A stretch of 64,000 nucleotides of DNA from Candidatus Dojkabacteria bacterium HGW-Dojkabacteria-1 (GTDB lineage Bacteria > Patescibacteriota > Dojkabacteria > SC72), in assembly GCA_002840365.1 (NCBI GenBank), contig PHAO01000001.1:239242-303241 (forward strand). The letters are read 5' to 3'. Numbering within the stretch: position 1 is the first letter of the stretch; the number at the start of each line of letters is the position of its first letter. Of this stretch, positions 58,690-64,000 are shown piece by piece. Made by a program: the position numbers and the translations under genes. The notes beneath the pieces were generated by a model. That model ran no database searches. It saw nothing but the letters and a program-made list of their open reading frames with translations, and was not told the origin of the DNA.

Positions 58690-58890
58690 ATGGATTTACT
58701 AAAATACATAATTGTGGGAGTAGGTTGTTTGTTTGTAAGTCTAATACTTTCTATCATGGTTAGGAACATACTCGCAGGTGTGGGCTTTGCAATTCTTTCC
58801 TTTGGGGGATACATACTTTGGAATTATTTTAATGCTGCTAAAAATGATCCTCCCAAAAGTCCTTTTGACAATACACCAACGGACAATTAG
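58690..58890 (+). CDS. Small two-TM membrane protein
   Basis: 66 aa; stop codon lies inside the following tRNA. Confidence 0.6.
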   Translation: MDLLKYIIVGVGCLFVSLILSIMVRNILAGVGFAILSFGGYILWNYFNAAKNDPPKSPFDNTPTDN

Positions 58891-58954
58891 CTCAGTTGGT
58901 TAGAGCACTACATTCACATTGTAGGGGTCAGTAGTTCGAGTCTACTATTGTCCA
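58881..58954 (+). tRNA. tRNA-Val(CAC)
   Basis: GGACAAT/ATTGTCC acceptor; anticodon arm CTACA-TTCACAT-TGTAG. Confidence 0.93.
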
Positions 58955-59424
58955 GTTTCTGGCTTTACTTTGCTTGTACAGAATGCACACTTAGTGGATT
59001 TTTTACTAATATCTGAAAAACAGTATGGACATTTCATTGTCTTTTTTTCTTCCTTTACCTGTTCTTTCTCTGTTGCTTTGTTAATAGCTCTAACAATGAA
59101 ATACAAAATTATTGCCGTTATAGTAAAGGTAATTAACGCATTTAATACTAATCCGTACTGAATTACTACTGCTTGTGCTTCTTGTGCTTGAGCAAGTGTA
59201 TCATATTGCTCTTTACCAAGGGTAAAAAACATTTCAGAAAAATCTAAATTTGCCGTTAAAAAACCAATTGGAGGTGTAAAGATATTCTTTACTAAAGCGT
59301 CAACTAAATCCTTAAATGCTACACCAATGATTACTCCAATTGCTAAAGTAATGGCGTTGTCTTTCATTGCAAATTTTTTAAACTCCTTTAATTCCTTTCT
59401 AATACCCTTAAGAATTCTTCCCAT
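58945..59424 (-). CDS. mscL: Large-conductance mechanosensitive channel with C-terminal zinc ribbon
   Basis: KEFKKFAM..N...LAIGVIIG.AF, YGLVLNALITF; CPYC...CAFC tail. Confidence 0.92.
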   Translation of the reverse strand: MGRILKGIRKELKEFKKFAMKDNAITLAIGVIIGVAFKDLVDALVKNIFTPPIGFLTANLDFSEMFFTLGKEQYDTLAQAQEAQAVVIQYGLVLNALITFTITAIILYFIVRAINKATEKEQVKEEKKTMKCPYCFSDISKKSTKCAFCTSKVKPETGQ

Positions 59425-60637
59425 TTCTTTTTAAAATGTAAAAAATTAAAACCAACAATACAAAGAAGAAGAGTGATGCATATACTATAATTTGATTCAT
59501 AAAGGCATCTTTCAAGGAATCATTGTTAAATTGAAAGAGTGTATATTGCAATGCAACAAGTAAAACTAAGAAGAAGATATGTATATATGAGTCCTTTATC
59601 AGTAATGAATTAATTACCATATATGAGACTGCATATACTGTCATGGCGATTCCATATAGTGTAATATATGGCACTATTTCAGAGTACATTCCCTTGAATA
59701 CAATATCTACTATTTCTTTTGTAAACAGGAAATATACAGCAGAGATAGCGAGTCCTGTTAATGCAGAAATAGTTAGAGAGATGAGTAAGGTTTTCTTTCT
59801 GAATTGATCTTCTTCATTTGCTAACTTTGAAATCATTACACCAGCAATAGTAATTGATGCAAAGTAAACAATCTTTCCTACAAGTGATAGTGCTCCATAT
59901 GATGCTCTTACTTCAGGATTTACAAGTATTAAATCAAGTGTAAATGGTGCATTAAGAAGTAAGAATGTTATAAATAGGAGTACAACTGCTTTGTATTGAA
60001 TATTGATTTTCTCTGTAGAGAGTTTCATGCTTCCTGTTCTTACGAAAGGAAGTACAAAGATTAGTGTTAACATAGCAGGTATTACATTCGAAAGAATAGG
60101 GAGTGTAATATCTAAGCTATTTGATATTGCATAGTAGCCCATTACAAACTTAAGGATTGTCTCAACAACAAGAATTAAATTCAATGTAGCTATCTTTTCT
60201 AACCCAAGTAGAAAGCCCTTTGGAATTGGAGAAATAATTGCTCCAAAGAGAGCTAAGCTGAGTGGTAATATGTATTTGTCAGGTATATTTGCAAAAGCAG
60301 CTATTTGTTCTCCAAAGATTAAGAATAGTGCAGACAGTGTAACTGCAACAAGTCCTAATTGTAGTGTACTTCTAATCTTGAATTTTTCTAGATTAAAGTC
60401 TCTTTTTTGAGCAACCCTTTTAGTTATTGCAGTTTGTATTGCAATTGCAGGTATTTGTACTAGGTATATTATTCCCAAAGCGGCATTGTAAAGACCAAAG
60501 TCATTACTTTGGAGATTTCTAGCAAGGTAAATATTGAAAAGATAGTTAAGGAAATTTACAAAGACTCCTACGAGTATGGTGATTAATATATTTTTTAGAA
60601 AGGTATTTTCTCCATTAAAATATTTACTTAGTGTCAT
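59408..60637 (-). CDS. Wzx-like oligosaccharide flippase
   Basis: About 12 TM; NYLFNIYLAR.L...DFG.Y. Confidence 0.8.
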   Translation of the reverse strand: MTLSKYFNGENTFLKNILITILVGVFVNFLNYLFNIYLARNLQSNDFGLYNAALGIIYLVQIPAIAIQTAITKRVAQKRDFNLEKFKIRSTLQLGLVAVTLSALFLIFGEQIAAFANIPDKYILPLSLALFGAIISPIPKGFLLGLEKIATLNLILVVETILKFVMGYYAISNSLDITLPILSNVIPAMLTLIFVLPFVRTGSMKLSTEKINIQYKAVVLLFITFLLLNAPFTLDLILVNPEVRASYGALSLVGKIVYFASITIAGVMISKLANEEDQFRKKTLLISLTISALTGLAISAVYFLFTKEIVDIVFKGMYSEIVPYITLYGIAMTVYAVSYMVINSLLIKDSYIHIFFLVLLVALQYTLFQFNNDSLKDAFMNQIIVYASLFFFVLLVLIFYILKRNGKNS

Positions 60638-60700
60638 GGTGTATACTTGTCTAGTTATATATAATTAATAGAATACGATAATTTAATAAACTTTACCATT

Positions 60701-61867
60701 ATGGAACTAATAATAGCATTAATCGGAGGTATAGCCTTGGGTATTGGAATCTTCTATTTCTTCTTCAAAGGTAATAGTAAGCAACAGGAAGAAATCTCTG
60801 AAACAATATCTCAAAAGTTAAATGAGATAATGCCAAATATCTTAAGCCAGGCTAATGAGAGTTTAGTTAGGATGGCTGATCAGAAGTTGGGTGCAGAATC
60901 TAACAAAACAAGAATAGATTTAGAAAATAAAAGGTCTGAGATAGAAAGATTGGTAAAAGTAATTCAAGAGGATTTGAAAAGTAGTAAAAAAGATTTAGAA
61001 CTCTCTGAAAGAGAAAGGATTAATTCATTCTCGGCTCTTAAATCTTCTTTAGATGATTATAAAAAGATTACAGAGCAGCTTTCTGTAAGTACGGAGAATT
61101 TAAAAAAGGTTCTTTCGAATAATCAGTTAAGAGGTCAATTCGGGGAGCAGGTTGCAGAAGATTTACTTAAGATGGCAGGTTTTGTCCCAGGTGAGACATA
61201 TACAAGGCAGGAGTCTGATAATGGAAGTAGACCTGATTTCACAATATATTTCCCTGACAAGACGAAGATAAATGTTGATGCTAAATTCCCATATTCTTCA
61301 CTACAAAAAATGACTGAAACAGATGATGCTGATTTAAGAGCTAAGCATATGAGACAGTTTGAAACAGATGTTAAAGAGAAGATTAAACAGGTTACAACCA
61401 GAGAGTATATTAATCCTGAAGATAGGACTGTAGATTTTGTAATTCTCTTTATTCCAAATGAAATGATATTCTCCTTTATCTACGACAAGATGCCTCATAT
61501 ATGGCAAGATGCTATGCAAAAGAAGGTTGTATTAGCTGGTCCATTTAGTTTTACTGCTATTCTAAGAATGGTAAAGCAGGCATATGAGAATTTTAGAATT
61601 CAAGAGAATATATACAAGATTGTTGGGCATGTTCAATCAGTAGAAAAAGAGTTTGACAAGTTTAGTGAGGAGTTTGATAAGGTAGGTATAAGGATTCAAC
61701 AATTACAAAAGCAGTACTCAGATGTAAGCACAACACGTGTAAATCAGATGAAGAGAAAGATAGATCTTGTAAAGTTAGAAGGTGGTAGTGCGAAAGAGAG
61801 TTCACTTAATGATATTGTTTCTATACCAGAGAAAAGTAATTCTACCTCTCAAGGAACACTGTTGTAA
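60701..61867 (+). CDS. rmuC: DNA recombination protein RmuC
   Basis: N-terminal TM and coiled coil; RGQFGE, RPDF, VDAKFP, DFVILFIPNE. Confidence 0.92.
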   Translation: MELIIALIGGIALGIGIFYFFFKGNSKQQEEISETISQKLNEIMPNILSQANESLVRMADQKLGAESNKTRIDLENKRSEIERLVKVIQEDLKSSKKDLELSERERINSFSALKSSLDDYKKITEQLSVSTENLKKVLSNNQLRGQFGEQVAEDLLKMAGFVPGETYTRQESDNGSRPDFTIYFPDKTKINVDAKFPYSSLQKMTETDDADLRAKHMRQFETDVKEKIKQVTTREYINPEDRTVDFVILFIPNEMIFSFIYDKMPHIWQDAMQKKVVLAGPFSFTAILRMVKQAYENFRIQENIYKIVGHVQSVEKEFDKFSEEFDKVGIRIQQLQKQYSDVSTTRVNQMKRKIDLVKLEGGSAKESSLNDIVSIPEKSNSTSQGTLL

Positions 61868-61892
61868 AAAAGAGGGGGCTTGTGAGCCCCCT
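61866..61892 (-). terminator. Intrinsic terminator between convergent genes
   Basis: AGGGGGCT-TGTG-AGCCCCCT with T run on the minus strand. Confidence 0.8.
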
Positions 61893-61917
61893 TCAGTTTC
61901 CTCTTTTGTGTATCAGA

Positions 61918-62616
61918 TTACATAGTAGGTGTTGTTTCTTGTGCTGGAGTGCTTTCTACTTTTGGAGTAGAGGTATTACTCTTTGGTTTCCATGCTAATA
62001 GGTAGAGTAGTACAAACATACCGAAAGGAATTAAGATTAGAAGTACGAGTAACTTCTCATATCCTCTCTTTTCTGTAATATTTGCTAATGCAATGATAGA
62101 GATAATCATTACTATGAATGCACCAATTCCTGGTATTAAGAGTAAGAGTAATAACCATGGGTTCTGTCCTCCAAGTTGTAGCATCATAATGCTGTTTAGT
62201 ATTGGAATCCAAGCAAACCATGGATTCTCATATCCCATTTCCTTACCAATTTTCATAAGAGCAAGTGCAGAGAAGATGTATCCTCCCAAACCAAATACTA
62301 TTGCAAAGAGCATATATACTCCTGCAAACAATGCCATAAAGCCTGCTCCTAAAAGACCAGCTGCAACGTCAGCGGCATCTTGCCCTTGTGTTGTATACAA
62401 GAGATCATCTGCTGTGTCATAATCCCATTCCCAATCCCAATCTGTTCCTTCATCTGTGGTGTACATATACTCATCTGGAGCCTCATCTGTAGTTGGATCC
62501 TGATAAAGGATAGGGGTATCATCTACAGGTACTTCCTCTTCTTGTGCTCTTACTACACCTAATGGTAGTAGTGTAAGTACTAAAAGAGTTACTAAAAATA
62601 GCTTTAGTTTACTCAT
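61918..62616 (-). CDS. DUF5684-like membrane protein with signal peptide and acidic N-terminus
   Basis: PWFAWIPILN...GG..PW..LL..IP. Confidence 0.7.
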   Translation of the reverse strand: MSKLKLFLVTLLVLTLLPLGVVRAQEEEVPVDDTPILYQDPTTDEAPDEYMYTTDEGTDWDWEWDYDTADDLLYTTQGQDAADVAAGLLGAGFMALFAGVYMLFAIVFGLGGYIFSALALMKIGKEMGYENPWFAWIPILNSIMMLQLGGQNPWLLLLLLIPGIGAFIVMIISIIALANITEKRGYEKLLVLLILIPFGMFVLLYLLAWKPKSNTSTPKVESTPAQETTPTM

Positions 62617-62683
62617 TAATAAAATATATATAAAAATTATCTATACTCTTAAAGAGTAGCACCTATGTCTTTAATCTTCAAGG

Positions 62684-63097
62684 TTACTTTTTCTGATATT
62701 CTCCCCAAGCAATATATCCTTGAGCAATAAATTGTGCAATCATTCCTCCGTTTGGTATTAACCATGCAAGCGCTACAATTAATCCTACCCATGTTGGAAA
62801 ACCTCTTAGTTCTGAAATTCTAACCCAAGCGACTGCACTTAGTACTGTAACCGCTATCCAACCCAAAAATGGGATAAAGATTAATAAATAGTACCAAGGA
62901 GAGTAGCCTCCCAGTTCTAATTGATATGCTCCTTTTACAATTGGTATCCAAGCTCTCCAAGTATCTGTGTTTCCTAATTTCTCTGCTATCTTACTTAATA
63001 CTAATGAAGTGTATATGTAAATTCCTAAAACAAAAATGGAAATCATAGTTCCATATACAGTAAAAAACGTTATGAAATACAATAGATCTTCGTTCAT
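62684..63097 (-). CDS. DUF5684-like membrane protein (tandem paralogue)
   Basis: WRAWIPI...LGGYSPWYYLLIFIP. Confidence 0.7.
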   Translation of the reverse strand: MNEDLLYFITFFTVYGTMISIFVLGIYIYTSLVLSKIAEKLGNTDTWRAWIPIVKGAYQLELGGYSPWYYLLIFIPFLGWIAVTVLSAVAWVRISELRGFPTWVGLIVALAWLIPNGGMIAQFIAQGYIAWGEYQKK

Positions 63098-63174
63098 ATG
63101 AGAAGTGAATTAAATAATATAGTTAAATATATAGATATTTGTAAAAGAAGACAAACATATGTTAATTTATATCA

Positions 63175-63759
63175 ATGCCAAGTAAGAATTACTTCAAAAT
63201 AATAAAAGGAACAAATCCAATACTTCTATCAGCTCCGCATGTGTTTTCACACAAAAGACCTTCTTTAACTCCATCTTACAAATTAGGAGAGCCATGGACA
63301 GATGATATTGTTTATGAGATATGTGCTAATACAGGTGCATGGGGTATAGTCCTGACACAAGAAACTGATACAGATCCTAATTATATCCCTTTAAAAAGAA
63401 ATCCTTATAAACAAGAAATTACAAAAATTGTTCAAGAGAACAAGATTATAAAATTTTTAGATTTTCATGGACTAAGGAATGAGAGTGAAATAGATGTAGG
63501 TATCTACTATCCTACTAGATTTCAGAACTCCATCTTACTTGCAGAGACTGTCAGTAAAGCATTAGGAAAGGGTAAATTGAGAGGTATTAATTCATGTATA
63601 TTTAGATTTGAGGATAATGGGCAGGAGACATTAGGTGAGTATGTTGCTACTAAGCTTAGAGTACCTTCTATACAGTTAGAGATTGCCAGATACATTAGAG
63701 AAGACAAAATACTTAGAAATACATTTATTGAAAACCTATCTAATATCTTCAGAGTGTAG
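63175..63759 (+). CDS. N-formylglutamate amidohydrolase-like zinc hydrolase
   Basis: PILLSAPH, E..TD, DPN, LDFHG, SIQLEI. Confidence 0.6.
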   Translation: MPSKNYFKIIKGTNPILLSAPHVFSHKRPSLTPSYKLGEPWTDDIVYEICANTGAWGIVLTQETDTDPNYIPLKRNPYKQEITKIVQENKIIKFLDFHGLRNESEIDVGIYYPTRFQNSILLAETVSKALGKGKLRGINSCIFRFEDNGQETLGEYVATKLRVPSIQLEIARYIREDKILRNTFIENLSNIFRV

Positions 63760-63843
63760 TATTCATTAATATTTTGAGTCTTTTTTGACCTTGTTATCTA
63801 CCTCTGTTATTCTTGTATATCTAACTTTATATAGTCATTTACT

Positions 63844-64000
63844 ATGACCACTGTTAAAAAAGAGGTAAAAACCGTTGTTGAAAGTCCAAAGAACAAAGCT
63901 ATTGATATTGCAGTTGCGCAAATTGAGAAACAATTTGGTAAAGGCTCCATTATGAAGCTAGGAAGCAAGGAGAAGGTTGCTGTTGAAGTAATTCCCACAG
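63844..64000 (+). CDS. recA: RecA, N-terminal fragment (runs off window)
   Basis: [23 protein letters not shown]...EVIPT; absent from ORF track because it is truncated. Confidence 0.93.
   Translation, partial: MTTVKKEVKTVVESPKNKAIDIAVAQIEKQFGKGSIMKLGSKEKVAVEVIPT

Noticed and set aside
1-64000. Genome-wide stop-codon reassignment (code 25 or TAA/TAG recoding)
   Set aside because: Conserved proteins end at expected lengths on TAA, TAG and TGA (tsaD), and none is broken by in-frame stops.
1-64000. CRISPR array, IS transposase, integrase, prophage or rRNA
   Set aside because: No regularly spaced repeats or recognisable genes of these types were seen.

Overview
AT-rich, gene-dense bacterial chromosome segment using genetic code 11. 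Gene content (secA, recO, elp3, ndk, trpS, tsaC-tsaE fusion, tsaD, eno, glnA, mscL, rmuC, 5' end of recA, several giant Ig/FN3 surface proteins, many small membrane proteins) and frequent leaderless starts suggest a Patescibacteria/CPR genome, possibly Dojkabacteria (inference). There are six tRNA genes, no CRISPR array and no transposase. Main observations: (1) an unannotated 31-aa graspetide (microviridin-class RiPP) precursor at 54227-54322 beside an MvdC/D-type ATP-grasp ligase, next to tRNA-Val; (2) a recurring architecture around unrelated, SD-led, foreign-looking genes: a boxA-like 5' end plus complementary 5'/3' flanks enclosing the ORF, with a related hairpin after two of them (13.1 kb, 33.8-34.7 kb, and a variant at 54.4-55.4 kb); (3) an intact tRNA gene with a UUA (stop-reading) anticodon at 51824-51896; (4) a promoter-led, multi-hairpin ncRNA candidate with a T-loop at 13780-13886; (5) a 2203-aa surface protein with three tandem phage-tail-fibre-tip-like HxH repeats; (6) twin 18-bp palindromes 44 bp apart upstream of both recO and elp3. 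All family calls come from motif recognition by eye, not database searches.
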